Origin: Takakia lepidozioides
Taxonomy: Eukaryota > Plantae > Bryophyta
Length of the DNA stretch: 64,000 bases
NCBI GenBank assembly: GCA_030704615.1
Contig: CM060731.1
Location: 75,950,001 to 76,014,000, forward strand
Reading direction: 5' to 3'
The position numbers and the translations under genes were made by a program. The stretch's first letter is position 1, and each line of letters begins with the position of its first letter. The notes under the pieces were generated by a model. It was given only the letters and a program-made list of their open reading frames with translations. It was not told the origin of the DNA and made no database searches. Below, piece by piece: positions 25,567 to 39,400 of the stretch.

Positions 25567-26737
25567 GGGTATGCTTGGACATTGTGGAGCATCCATTTTG
25601 TCCTATGCCATTAGCAGACTCCAACCAGGGCGGTTGTTTCTGTAATGTCACGTGGTGATGTGTGTCTCTCTCCCCTATGTTTTAGGAAGAAAATCTGCAG
25701 AAATGGCTAGAGCTGTTGTTTTATTGGCTTCCTCGTTATCAAGCCAGAAACATTTGACGATATCTCCAAAGCACCCAAGTGGAATGGTGCAGAGGTGGGT
25801 GGGTTTTGAACATTGGCAGACTTTGGCTTCATATGTTTTCATTCTGAGTGTAACACTACAGGTGACTCTTCGAAGTACATCAAGTGCAGCTATCCAAATA
25901 GTGTGCTTCAATTGATTGCAGACAAGATTGCCTCCAGTTTCCATTCATGCTCTTGCATTGTAATCGTTGACCACTGTAGCAACTTTCTTTGCTTATGGCC
26001 AGTTAGGTATGCCTGTGCCCACATTGTGATGTTAGAAAAGTAGTCAAATGCAGGGTGACACTGTGTGTGACCCATCATATTTCTTCTGCACCTCTTCATC
26101 CGGAGAACAATCAAAACTATACATACCAGTGCACCTACATTTGTAACATGCATATATGTATCTTCTGGATGCTGCGAGGATTTAGGGTTAAAATGCTTTC
26201 GTGGGTTGTGGGTTTATCTGAGAATCCGGTAAACAAGGAACACATTCACAGAAGAGGCAATCACCCAAGAGTTGGGTAGCTGGAGGAAGGGAATCTTGCT
26301 GGCTGTGAGCGAAGTAGACCAATGTTTTCATGATCAATTAGGGCAAACTGAGGAGATCTAGCCTCTCAAAACTCATCGGATTTCAGGTAAATCAACCCGA
26401 AAATTTCTCACATCATCCCCACCAACTCACCTTCGCCAGTTTGTAGATTCTATGGATTCAGCCTGCAACAAAATTATAAGTGCACCCCACCTTTGGCAAC
26501 CCCCCACTGAAATTGCACTACAAAGGAGCTACAAGCCAAACATCTCTGAAAATGATCAAATACATTCCTTCATTCGTAATTGTAACACACTTGGTTACAT
26601 TCCAGATACATGTAATTCAAAAATTTCTCAGCTTTGTGTGGTGTTGTAAGGGAGCTCTGGGGGTTTCTGAGAATCCCAAGAGTGTGGAGGAGCAACAGTA
26701 GCATTTGACACAAATGTTTCAGAGCTCTCAGTCACTC

Positions 26738-29700
26738 TCAGCGACTGGGTCGGAGTGTTAACTCCAACTGATTGAGTTTTTCATTCAGATCTGCTCCATG
26801 CACGATCTCAACTGGTTTCTTGAAACTGCTGAATAATATGGCGGCTGACTCCCCTTTCATTATTCTATCTGACACACCAGACTTCCTTCGCTCCATATGT
26901 CTCCTCAATACTGTGGGCATGGAGTTAGGGTGCTCCTTTTCATATTTACTCACAATAGGCTTGTTCTCTGTGCCCAAGTCAAAATCGTCACTAGGGGATT
27001 CCTGTGGACTGTCTTTGTTCCCCATTTGAAGTTTGAAGAGTCCATCTTTTTCCTCCTCCTCAACGACCTTTGGTGGTTCAGGGGCCAGCCACACACGGAG
27101 GGTCAGGTCCCATGAACTGGAGAGGTACCGATTTTGTGTGCTGATGTAGACAATTGCATGAACCTGATCAGTGTGACCAGAGTACTTGCAAATCTCTTGT
27201 CCTAGGCCGATTTTGAATGCATGAATTTCGTTGTCATGCACAGTACATAGCAAGAGATTGTCGTTGGTTTCATCAATCAGAAGTGCTGTTACTGCTTGCC
27301 CCTTGTAGCACATTGAGTTTAAAGGGTTGGTAGTGACTGGGTCCCATGTGCAGATTGTTCCTCCGTCAGATGCCGTCACCCACATCCCATCATGTGAAGC
27401 ACACCACTTCACCTGCCAGGTTGAAGCACAGTTGTATAGCCTATGATGAAAATGTTTACAATGTTCAAATTGGGTACTTGTCTAGATTTGTTCTTGATTG
27501 TTACTAGACAGCACACTTGGCCTTGGACATTGGAGCTGGCCAAGTGGCTTGAGAATGGTATGTTCAACTCAAAGATTTAGACAAGAGGGAGGTTAGAAGG
27601 AGTGGGAGATAGAGCTGGGTGTCTGCGTGTTTACCATCATAATATTTTCAAGTGGAATGCCATTGAGAGTGTACTTGACCTTCCGGTTGAACTCATTCCA
27701 CACTTTGACAGTAGCGTTCCCTCCACATGTGGCGAGCTCTTCTCTGGAGCTGGAGTAGGCCATGTCCTGCATTCCAAGTCACAGATGTGTGTGACAGAAA
27801 GGCACCCGAGGAATTTAAGCGCTAGTTGCATGCAACAATCAAAGTGCGGACCCAGTAACTGGTGATGGTACGTTAGATGGCCTCACAGACAGGTATCTCA
27901 ACAATCTGGCTTGGTTGAGAACTGTCAATAGACAACCACTTTCCTTCAAGGTTCCTTGTACAATCGATGACACATCCGACCTCTTAGGGAAGACACAAAC
28001 CTGAAATGGGGACTCTGAACCAAACTCAACAAAGTCCATGGGTAAACGTGTTGTCATATTCCACCAGCGCAGGCTTCGGTCTGCCGAGGCTGAGACCAGC
28101 ACCTGCATTCCTCCAAGGCGTTTCTATATCAGTCCCACGATGATAAATGCCAGAGCCCAGGGGCCCAAAAACATGTAGATATCCAAATGGTGAGAGATTC
28201 CAGCTAAGATGGAAAACCTCATGCAGGTATGCTGCCCAGCATTTCTTATCCTCGTATTAATGAAAGATCTCAACGAGGGATTAGATGTCCCAGTAGCGAC
28301 TCCGGATCGCATATGAGAGAGGAGAGTGAAAAGAAACTCTTCACTCTTCAATCTACCCTCTCTCATCTCTAGCCCAACCCGGGCAAAACCGGTCAGACGC
28401 TCCAATCTACCAGTCCCTATCCGCAGGCTGTGTGAGCCCACCATGAACAGATAGATAGAGTTCCTGACAAGTAATTGGGCACGTAGATCACTACATCTCA
28501 GATGTCCAACTCATTCAAAAGGTATGTGCGGTACTCGTAAAATACCAGATTTTTGCAGACAGCCAGACCAACCACCATTTTGGTATGCCCCGTCAGCACA
28601 TCAGGCCCTCGGCTCCTGTGGTCGGCCGCTCTCCATAAGGGTACACTTCGGTGTCCCTCCATATTCCAAAGCCTTATTTTGCCGTCTGTCGATCCTGTTG
28701 AAGAATCGCAACTCAGCTCAGCAAAAATTGTGTGCATAGGTAGTGTACAACACTTGCTCAGTGAATCAAAATATGATGATCAGGTCGTGCATGTGTCTGT
28801 TCCTGTGGAGTGAACGGAACTTAATATCGACTCCTGGAAATTGTAGAAGAAGGGAAGCTGCCAACATTAGCACTTGTACAAAGGATGTTGCCATTGTTGC
28901 TTTACCCGTTATCAGAATATCAAGACCAGGGTGATGCAGCATGCAGACAATAGAGGTCGGAGATTTCCTGGATAGTTCTGAGACGGTCCATATGTCTTTA
29001 TTCTTATCTGGGTTGGGCAGCCACCTCAAGATGGCCCCATCAGAGCTGCCACTATACATCTCAAGCTCATCCTTGTCTGTGGGCGTTAAGACTGGCTTGC
29101 CCGTGCCATCAACTCTGAAACCAGTTTCTGAGATGGTGATTTTAGCTTTTTCTGGGTCATAAACGGAGCGTCTCTTTTCTTTACCGGGCACATCATCGGT
29201 GGTGTCTTTCTTCAGTAGACGCTCCTTGTAGGGCCGTCTGCTGGCCACCAAGAGTGCCTCAATCCAGTTTGAGTGTCCATACAGGACACGGTGAGGCAGA
29301 TAGCGATCGTACCTCCAAACGATTATCTCCCGTTTAGTGGAAAGCCCAATCACTGCATCTTTACCATCTACATGAAACACCTGCTCCCCACCAGGTGTAA
29401 TCGTGAGAAATCTCGCTGAACCCAACACCCTGCCCTTGAAATTGAGCAGAAGCTGGAGTTCTCAGGCTGTTATAACTTGAATCCCCAGGCGTTGATCTTG
29501 TTTTCATTTCAAGTCTCCAGGCTATGAAATGATACTTAGACAGGTCTAAGTGTTAGGTAGCAAGTTACCTTACTGAGTATAAGGCCCTGGAAGTTGCATG
29601 TGTCTGCCACCCACTCTGTTATTATAGCAGGTGCCCATGGATCAATCACTACCACCGACCTGCAGTCACATGTATGTCTGCACTCTTCAGTACTGTGGAG

Positions 29701-32538
29701 TAAAGTTTCATCAGAACAACTTTGCGCGTTCCAGTTTGAAATATCGATGGAAGACCTCACACGTATGCACATTTAGATGGAGAGGGCAAGAGGGCCCATG
29801 GGGGAAAGAGAGAGAGACAACCTTTCCCTTCCGGTGATCCAATAGGTTCTTGTGGAGGTGATGTAGGCGATGGAGGTGACACAGTCAGTGATCTTGGGGA
29901 AGGTATCCAGGCAGTGGCCCTCCGGGCTCCAGATACTGACAGTGCCGTCATAGGACCCTGTGACAAGCCATTTCCCGTCTATATCAAATGCGGCTGCAGT
30001 TATCCCTCCCTGCAACCCCCATTCCAAACCTACGTCTCGTTGGACTTAACTTCATCTTCTATTTGTCTTTGCTGCTCAAGTTTAAAGTGGCAAGACAACG
30101 GTGGGGGCAGAGTGTGGAAATATGGAGCTCAGTAGTCATTTATGTCCGTGATCCTTGTCTCTCGCCTTGTCTGTCCTTGAAAAATGTCACTAGAAGAGGG
30201 AGGAGAAGGAACAAGGGTATACCTCATGGCACTGCTTGACCTTGTGGACAGTCTCTTCAGGTCTGTCACTATCAAATATGCACATTGCTCTATCAATCCT
30301 GCACTCATACCCCATGTCAATTCTCTCCAGCAATATTCTTGAAACTGCACAGCCATGATATGTAAGTAAAGATCTCCATGATCTGGCGAGGTAGGCACAT
30401 CCTCATCCGGAAAATAGAAGTCAGGTCAGAAAAAGAAGGATGGGTTGCATGAAGGGATATACATGTAGAAAGACAGCCGAATAGCAGAGCTATTTCTAAG
30501 GCGGAGTTGAATAGCTTACCCAGTAGTGAACACTTTGCCTTTATCAGTGCAGCATATGGCCTGAATAGAATCATCGTGATAGCACAGACAATAGATAAAT
30601 TCCAGAAATTTGACCTGCGAATATACCCATATACGAGAGATCTTTTAAGTGTTTCTATGCATTTCAGGTCATGATCCGTTCTACAGCGATCAAATTTCCT
30701 TCAACTTCACGATCGTCCACAGACACTGCTGTTGTCAAGCCTGTGCCGCTCCTTTGGAAGGGGACGAATATGAGGACGGCCTGTTGATGCACGTTCTGAC
30801 TGTACTCGACTCCGCTCCTGGGCACAAGGACTATGGCCAGAAAGGGGCAGAGCTCTCTCTAATTTAATAAATCCACAAACACACGAAAACATATATGGTC
30901 CTGGAAATGAGTGCAGAAGTCTCTTACATAGCTAATGGCTTTCTTCTCCGAGTCTGTCTGCATGTAGTTGGATGAGGAGCGTAAAACTTTGAGCAGCTGT
31001 ATTGCGCCCCTCCCACCTGCGATCAGTTGTCGCTGCTTCGAGTCCCATGCCAGACAGAAGACGGGGCCTCCAAATTCCACCACCTTACAGTATCAGCGGT
31101 ATATTAACAAGAATACCCTACGAAATGACCAATACATCACTGGTTTAATGCTTACCGGATTAGACTTCCATTGCGACAGGATGCTCGAACAGATGCAATA
31201 TGGTCCGAGAGCTAGTTAGTGCTTTCTAACCATGTGAACAAGCCTTAGACTGCAAGAGATCTCGAACTTTTGCAACCCATAGCTTGCGTATCACGACTAG
31301 GATTCACTGCTAAGTCTCAATATACTTGTACACCCCTGCTTGCCATAAGACTAGTCTAAGGTATGCTTGAACTACGACTGAAAGGCTCAGAGAGAAACTG
31401 GGTTCAGAGACCATGTGAGCCAGTTCAATTGCAAAATGTGTACCTGAAGCAGCTTTCCTGTCTCATTCCAAGCCAGGATGTTGCCATCAAGGGAGCAAGA
31501 GAAGAGCATCTTGACTGGCGCAGCTACATACAGCAAGTCCATCACCCAATTGGTATGCTTCTGCTGCACCCGTAGTTGCCGTCCCGATTCGATGTCCCAG
31601 ACCTTTCTCAAACCACAAACATAGGCTTCCCATTAATCAGGTCAATCATTACACCTGTAGCCTGTTACAGATTCTTGTTGTCTTTATGCAACCAGTTGCT
31701 GCTTTATCTCGGCGCCTTTGGGCTCGATCAAGAATACCAGAGCTCTATGGAAATCTTCACTACGCTACCCAATGTCCTATTGTTTCCATATTCCATGCAG
31801 CAACTGGGAATCTGCTAGAATTTGAAGACAGTAGATATGATCTCGAGAAACTATCAGGCACTAATAAATGTAGGAAGTCCTCTCATCTCTGCAACTAGTG
31901 GGAAAAGGAGCTGCGGACGCTGTGACATAGACAGATTGATAGATGGAGAGAGTAATGACCTTGATAAGGCAATCCCTGGCTCCACTGAAGATCTCATTGC
32001 GGTCGTAATTATAGCAACAACACTGGAGAGGCAGATGGTGCGCCTCCGTAATGCAGAGTGTGGATTTCATCGACATTTCGTCTTCTCTTTCACCCAAGGT
32101 GTCCTTCACTCTCCCTTCGCTCTACGCCGTTCTAGCATTGCCCACCAGAATCATCAGACCCAGAACTCCATTCTGCGAGCCCATGCACCAGCTTGAGAAT
32201 GATAAATTATAGATTCTCGGGCGCAGTCTCCTCATGTGTTTATTCGCCACAACTTCCAGAGTTGCAATGCTAATCCTGGCAAGGAACCATTCAGCCTCTG
32301 ATGATCTGTTGGGCTACAATCTCAACCCTCTCACCGAGAATCCAATGGGCTGTTTGAACTTGGATCGATCCCTTCTAGCTGCGATTGGTAAATACGGACC
32401 CATCATACATATAAGATCAACTTGCAGCTGACTCCTCTTCTCTTGTAAACTCCTTTGGAAGTTGGCGACCTTGACCGAGCTCACAAAGCAGAACACTCCA
32501 ACCCTCTTCCTGAATTCTCCACTTTCCCTCTGGATCAT
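26738..32538 (-). CDS. Multi-exon WD40-repeat protein (start uncertain)
   Basis: Many exon ORFs with WD signatures: FSGARDCLIKV, HTNWVMDLL..FSCSLDGNILAWN, VFCLAWD, LVTGSYDGTVSIW, GHSNWIEAL, YSGSSDGAILRW, GSTDGKIRLWN, GHTKMVVGL, SASADRSLRWW, GHTDQV..SSSWDLTLRVW. Stop at 26738. Confidence 0.85.
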
Positions 32539-33419
32539 CTCTGCTGGAGCGCATGGATGAGTGATGCGAAGCTCAAGAGGTGAAAGGAGCAGTGAGTCTG
32601 TTGGAGCAACGGTGGGAGATCCGGTTCGCGCGACAGGGACACCAACTCTTCACGTTCCCTTCACAACTTTGTGCTCTTCCTTAACTTACCTCTTCATATT
32701 TCCTTGTGGGCACCTTTTCATGTTCTTCTTCCTCTTCAGATCTACTCTTCATAGCACCTCTGCAGAAATCTAGAAAGGCACTGACATCCAAGCCAGTGCA
32801 GTGTTTGGATGCTTACCACAAATTTGCTCCATTCATTGCGTTCATAGCGGGGGTTTTGCCGGAGTGCTTGTTGTAGTTTACTAGTCTAAACAGTTGTGGC
32901 AGCCACACAGACGCCTTCACTTATCAGGCATCTCAACAGAGGGCACAAGCACACTCAAATGTAAGCAGTACACACATAAGAAGATTGATGCATGCTCACC
33001 AAGACACATGAATGGAAGCTTTGGGAGTCCGCAGTTCAGGCATTAATGTCAACATTTTGAAATAAATTTATGTCGCAGTAAAATTTTGGTAATGGAGCTA
33101 ATGACAGCTATGGGGTAGCACATCCTTTCTGAAGGACAGTGCTGGCCAATTACTGGGGCCCATCCACATTGCTTCTGGATCTTGTTAGCCAAGATACTCT
33201 ACAAGTAGACCCTATCACCTTACTGTGGCACATTTTACAAACATGGCCTACCAAAGTGGACAATTCCTTTGTGGGTCTGTGAGAGTAGAATTTTACAACT
33301 GAGTTAGTCACTTGCACTATTATCTCTGCAGCTAAGTATGCAACACCCTCAGACTAGAGATTGAAGTAGTATCCTACACGAATGCTCAAGCTCATAGGAA
33401 CTCCGGGAAAAATGATGCC

Positions 33420-36400
33420 TCAGTAGACCAAATGTAGCCGCCTCAACTCTGTTTGGAAGGTGCCACTGGCATTCAATGTCCGTTGAGCAAGGTTGCGGAT
33501 GTCCTCTCGAGAACACTCGCGTGAGATGCGTACTAGTTCCCAGAGAGCCCCTCCTGCTACCAGGTCTTTTGCATTCACCTCTGCAGTATCAATTTTGGGT
33601 GAATCAAGTCAACACCCCTCAGCAACTGGCACAGAATCCTAATTGCATTTGAAATTTCATTAGTAAGTGCGTTACCTAGGCAGTCCTTATGCTGACAACA
33701 TCAGCCTCCTGATGCTGGAAAGGCCCAACAACGGTTGCAGGGAAACAGAATTGATGTACAGGCAGAGCTTCCTGCACCTATACTATGGAACCTAATGACT
33801 CCATATAATAATCAAATCTCACCAGTCAAGGATCGGCCATCTATCCTGAGTCCCTTTTACATTGTTCTCGGCCATTCACAAATCCTAGCAATGCATTCCT
33901 CCGTATCTCTATATAGCCCAGGAGCAACTTTGATGACACATGAAAAAGGAGTGAGGTAGGCACACACCATGCTGTGCTAAATGGCAGAGAGCTAGTTCAA
34001 TATGACGGCGGATGGGTGACGCATCATTGTTCGCATTGGCAACAATCCATGGTAGAGCTCCATCGTCGATAAGTAATGACCTCCCAGTCTTGAACCCTGG
34101 AACCACACATAAATGTGAGTTAGCCTTCCAGGTTCGAGCAAGGGGATACTATACCTGCACATTTGAAATTGCCGATAGGGAATCATGCAGCACGCTCCAG
34201 ATCAATAAGAGGGACGGTATGTGAATCATATTCTCTATCCTCCTACTGCTGCTACTAAGAAGTCACGCGGTGGTGAACTGAAAACCTTGAGCAGCTCCTC
34301 GAGATTCGCACTTTGCAAAATTAGCAATCCCCCGAGCAACTTGGGCCAGGACATCAGGATGACGTGAGCGAACCATGCCAAGCAACGCACGGATGCCACC
34401 TTCCTCCCTCAGCTTTATTTGCAACTTGTCTGGCCCACCCCCCGCAGACACACAAAGTATTGCCACTTCATCTTTCAACCCTGTTGAGATGGTAAACATC
34501 TGCATATTATGTACTCAATTTCGAGTGGTGATAATCAAACTACCTCACAGAAGAAATTTCATGCCTGGTAAAGGTATGAAGCATAAGTTTCTGAACTGAT
34601 ATGATACAAACACACACTCCTATTACTTGTGTAAACCCACTATGCCACATCAAACCATGGCTCGGTTGCCAGACATATAGACAACAACCGGCAACAGAAT
34701 AAGTTCTTGCATCCATCTTAGAGAGAACTCAGGGCCCTACAGATGTCTGAAAGCAAGCACTGCTTGGAGGCTCTCAAGACCGAAAAAAATTGGGGTTCTG
34801 GCGGTATGGGACTACCATTTCCACACAAGTTTGCAATAGCGCCGGCTACCATTCGCAGTGTCTGAGGGTCCTCGGCATCATCAGCAGTCCGGGCCAGCAG
34901 GCCAATACCTCCTTGTGCCATTATCAGCTCCTGATTTGTCTCTGCTTGCACCAACATAACACCACAATCAGAGAGCAGTGTGGACAACCTCAACTTTTGA
35001 GGAGCAGAATATCTTCCTCCATTATGATGATTCTGCCTTCTTTTCTTTTCAAGATTATCACAACCACCTGTAGGCTTTTTGTTTTAGTTTCATCCATCCA
35101 CCCAGTTTGGTGTTAATGTTAGATGTAGCCTTGCCATCATATTATGAAGTATGAGCTTCAATCCAGCACTGCCGCTCCACCCCAATGGATGTGGCAAGTG
35201 TGTCGAACAAAAAGGGCGGTTTTGGGTAAGAGAGAATGTACTCATAAGACGTTTGCTTTGTGGCCATAGACCCCGTGCCCAGTTTGGGCAGAACAAGAGG
35301 AACAGACTAGGAGGAAGAGAGAGATTGTACTCATAAGACGTTGTTTGCCGTAGCCTTGTGGCCATTGACCCCGCGCCCAGTTTGAGCGGGAACAAAAGGG
35401 ACAGAACCTACCTCTGTCAGGGGCTGAGGTTGGTAGTAAGACTTACCTCCATATAAAGAATTAATCCGGGTTTTCCAGATATCCTCTAGAAATCCCTTCA
35501 CACAAGCATCAATCTGCTGTGTGTGAATTGCCCAAAAACTAGGCCTCAGGAGGGCCTGGGCTTTTGGCTCAGCCTCGAGACTTTCAAAGTTGGTAAACAG
35601 GGGTACAGGCACAATTCCCTTAATAGATTTGAAGAGAGCGTCTCTTTGGTGAGAGAACCCCGGACAGTGTATCAGAAAATGAATACTGTCTTCAGATTGC
35701 CCACACAACGGGCAATTGCACTCTCCCTTTCCTCTCTGCTTCTGTTTGCTGTTCAAAGGTAGGCTTCCTGCCCTGAGTTTAAATTTCAGTCTAGTGCCGA
35801 GAGTGGGTAGACCCTTGAGGTCATCCAAGATGTCCTCCCCCATGTCACAGACTGGAAACAAGTTCAGGGAAGTTTTCTGCCTAACTTCATTTTCATCAGA
35901 CAATCTCATGGCAACAGACATGGCTGAGGACACTACAGCCTCTAAGTCAGATTTATCCAGCAGGGTCAAGACTTGCGGATCCAGGTCCAGGTCCTTGAGG
36001 ATCTCTTCTACTCTCTTCTGCCAGGACTTAGCCTGTTTGACAGGGCAGTCCTGTTTCCAAGATATAGAGTCGATTAATTTAGGATATCTGGTGTTGGGCA
36101 TATGTTGCAGCTGACCCCACCATCTGACCTTGAATTCATCTCGTCGGGAGCTTAAGGACGGAATGCCAAACTCACCCCGACAGCCACATTGGCTGTTTTG
36201 GAGCATGCTGACATACACTCCTTAAGCACCCCCACTTGAATGGATTCTAGAGACTTAGCCTGGTTGGAGTTATCAACCCATATAGCAGATCCGTACTCCA
36301 AGGCAGGTCTAATAACGCGACAAAGCATGGTTTTCTTAACCTCAGAGTTGACCCCTCTGCAGTGGAAAAATTTAGTGAGCCCCAGAGCTTTGCCCTTGCC

Positions 36401-39400
36401 AGTTTGAACAACTTTCCGGATATGTGCATCCCAATTACAATTGGAGGAGAACTCAACGCCCAGGTAAGTGTAGGAAGGGAGGACCGGGATCTCTCGGCTA
36501 CCCCACTGCCACTTAAGATCACTTCCTCCCTCTCCTCTGTCGTTGAATGCTACCACTGCACATTTGCTGACATTAGCCTCTAGCCCCCAAAGATCAAAGT
36601 ATCTCTTCGCGCAATCAATCAACTCCTGGAGATTGGTTGGAGTCTCCCCAATGCCTGCGAAGTCATCCGCAAACATAAGGGCTGGTATGGTGGTATCACC
36701 CACCCTTAACCCAAATCCCTCACTTTCCACATCCTCGAGGAGTTGATTGATGAAAACATTGAAGAGCAGAGGGGAGAGAGTACATCCTTGAGCTACACCT
36801 TGGTCTATGTCAAAGAAGTTGGACTTCTGTCCGTTAACAGTGACACAGCTTTTGGTGTGAGCATACAAGTTGTGGACAACTCTCCACATCTTTCCCTTGA
36901 TCCCACAAGACCAGAGGCGGAACCATAGGCCATCCCTCCACACTGTGTCATAAGCCTTTTTGACATCCAGAAAAAGACATAAGTGGGTTTCCCTTCTTTT
37001 TTCCTTCCCTGGATAATCTGGCTTAGAGTGAAGATATGATCCACACAGCCCCTGTTTCGCCGAAAGCCAGCTTGGCCTTCGTGGAAACAACCTCTAGACT
37101 CCAGATCAACCTCGAGACGAGTACTTATAACTCTGCAGAATGTCTTGCCAACAGCATTGAGGAGCGTGATGCCACGGTAGTTCCCCGGTTCTTCTCTGTC
37201 ACCCTTCTTGTATAGATTGACAATGACCCCCTGTCGCCAGCGAAAGGGGATCATTTCAGTCTTCCAGATAAGGTTAAAGAGGAGAACTAGGGCCTCTATC
37301 ATGGGATCGCCACCGTGCTTGATAAGCTCGTTGACAATACCATCAGGTCCACCAGCTTTATATCCATTTAAATGTTCAATTACTTCCACAATCTCAGAAG
37401 AACTAATGGGAGCATTATAAGCCATTGAAATATACTCCAGTTCATCAGGGCTGTTTTGAATCATAGGAACAGTTTTTCCAACTGTGTCCCTCCATTCAGC
37501 AGAAGACCCCTCACTGTTAGACCTAGAAGTTCTGCCAAGGATACTGTAGTGAGTTTCAAAGGTTTTGACAATGTCAACCGATGAAGTCACCACTGCACCT
37601 TTAGTAGTCTTCAGCACTTGTACTTGCTGACCATTTTTCGGTTTGTACAATCGTTGAAGGGCTAACCAGAATTTCTTGTCATTACCGCCATGGTGGTTTG
37701 AGTTTATTTCACTGTATAACTTGTCCCAGTATAATTTCTTCTGAGACCTAACAAGCTGATTGATATCTTTACGGAGCTGGTAGTACCTCGCCCACAATTC
37801 TCTGTTGGTTTCCAAATTGCAGCACTCTTTATAGAGGGCTCGTCTCTCAGCTATCTTGAGTTTAATCTCATTAGTCCACCAATTAACTGCTCTACCGCAG
37901 ACAATTAGTTTCCTCCCAATGATCTTGTCAGCCACGGAGGAAACGAAACTCTCCCAAGAGTCCACTGCTCTTTCGACTTCATTTCTTGCGTTAACAGAGC
38001 ATGACTGAAGTTCTTGGAGCAATTGGACAAAATGAGGGAGAGCCTCTTGCAAGGCCTGGACGTACTCAGCCTTGACCTCCTCATTGTGGAATTTTTCTAT
38101 GCGCCACTTCCGAATCGAATGTTTCACAGATCTCTTGGTGGTGGGAAAACACCTTTTGATCTCAGTCCAAACCAGGAAGTGGTCAGAGGTACCAATATCA
38201 GTTCTGTCAATCAACACATTGGCACACTGGGGGAACAAAATTTTGTCCATTATGATATAGTCCATAATGGAATGTTCCCCAGTTTGGGGTTTCTCACGAG
38301 TCCACTGCACTTGGTCACCTCTTGTCCTGTTATTCAAGGTCAAAAGCTGAAGCTCTTCTAGACAGTTGATTAACCGTCTGCCATTAGAATTCAGCTCGTC
38401 CTCACCAAAAGGTCCAATGATATCGTCCTGATGGATCCCTTTGCCCACCCGGGCATTGAAGTCCCCCAATAGTACCACCTGACCTTTGGCAAGGAACGAA
38501 GCACAGTCCAGCTTTACATCTTCGAAGGCCTTGTCTGCGTCAGCACTAAGGGTCCCCTCTGTGGGCATGTAAACACAACCAACAAAGAGGTCCTTTGTAC
38601 TCATGCCGCCCTTCAAATTCAGTTTTAGCCAGATACTATGCTCGTACCTCAAACCCTTGTTGATAATTTCACAATTGTCAAACAAGAAATCACGGCCAAA
38701 GAATCCAACCCCTTTTTGACCGCGTTTGGCAGAGGCTGCCTTGAGAGTACACATCTTACCTGCCCATTTATAACCAATGACATCTCCAACCAGTTTATCC
38801 GACGTTTCCCATGTTTCTTGCCCAGCACAGATATGAATATCATTAGTCCGAAGAACTTGTCCCACTTCAAGTTGTTTCCTTTGGTTGGTCAACCCTGAGA
38901 AGTTGAAAGTGGCCAGCCGCAAGCCAGCCCTTTGCATGTGAATTGTTTGTCGTCCAGGTAGCTTGTGATTGCTCCTGGACGGCCAACCGTTCTGCAAAGG
39001 GGGGACAGTTACCCCATGTGTAGATTTTGCTCGTCTTGTGTAAACTTTGAGAATTGGTAAACCATTCAGGGTACCAAATCTTTCAGTTACACGACGCACA
39101 GGCTCCGCACACATAGGGGCAGATTGTCCGTCAGACTGCTTGGGGACAATTACCCCTTGTATAGATTTTGCTCGTCTTGTGTAGACTTTGAGGATTGGTA
39201 AACCATTTAGAGTACCAAATCCTTCAGTTACACGACGTTCAGGCTCTGCACACTTAGGGACAGATTGTCCATCTGACGGCTTGGGGACAATTACCCCATG
39301 TATAGAATTTGTTCGTCTTGTGTAAACCTTGAGGATTGGTAAGCCATTCAGAGTACCAAATCCTTCAGATTCAGGACGTTCAGGTTCCGTACACTTAGGG

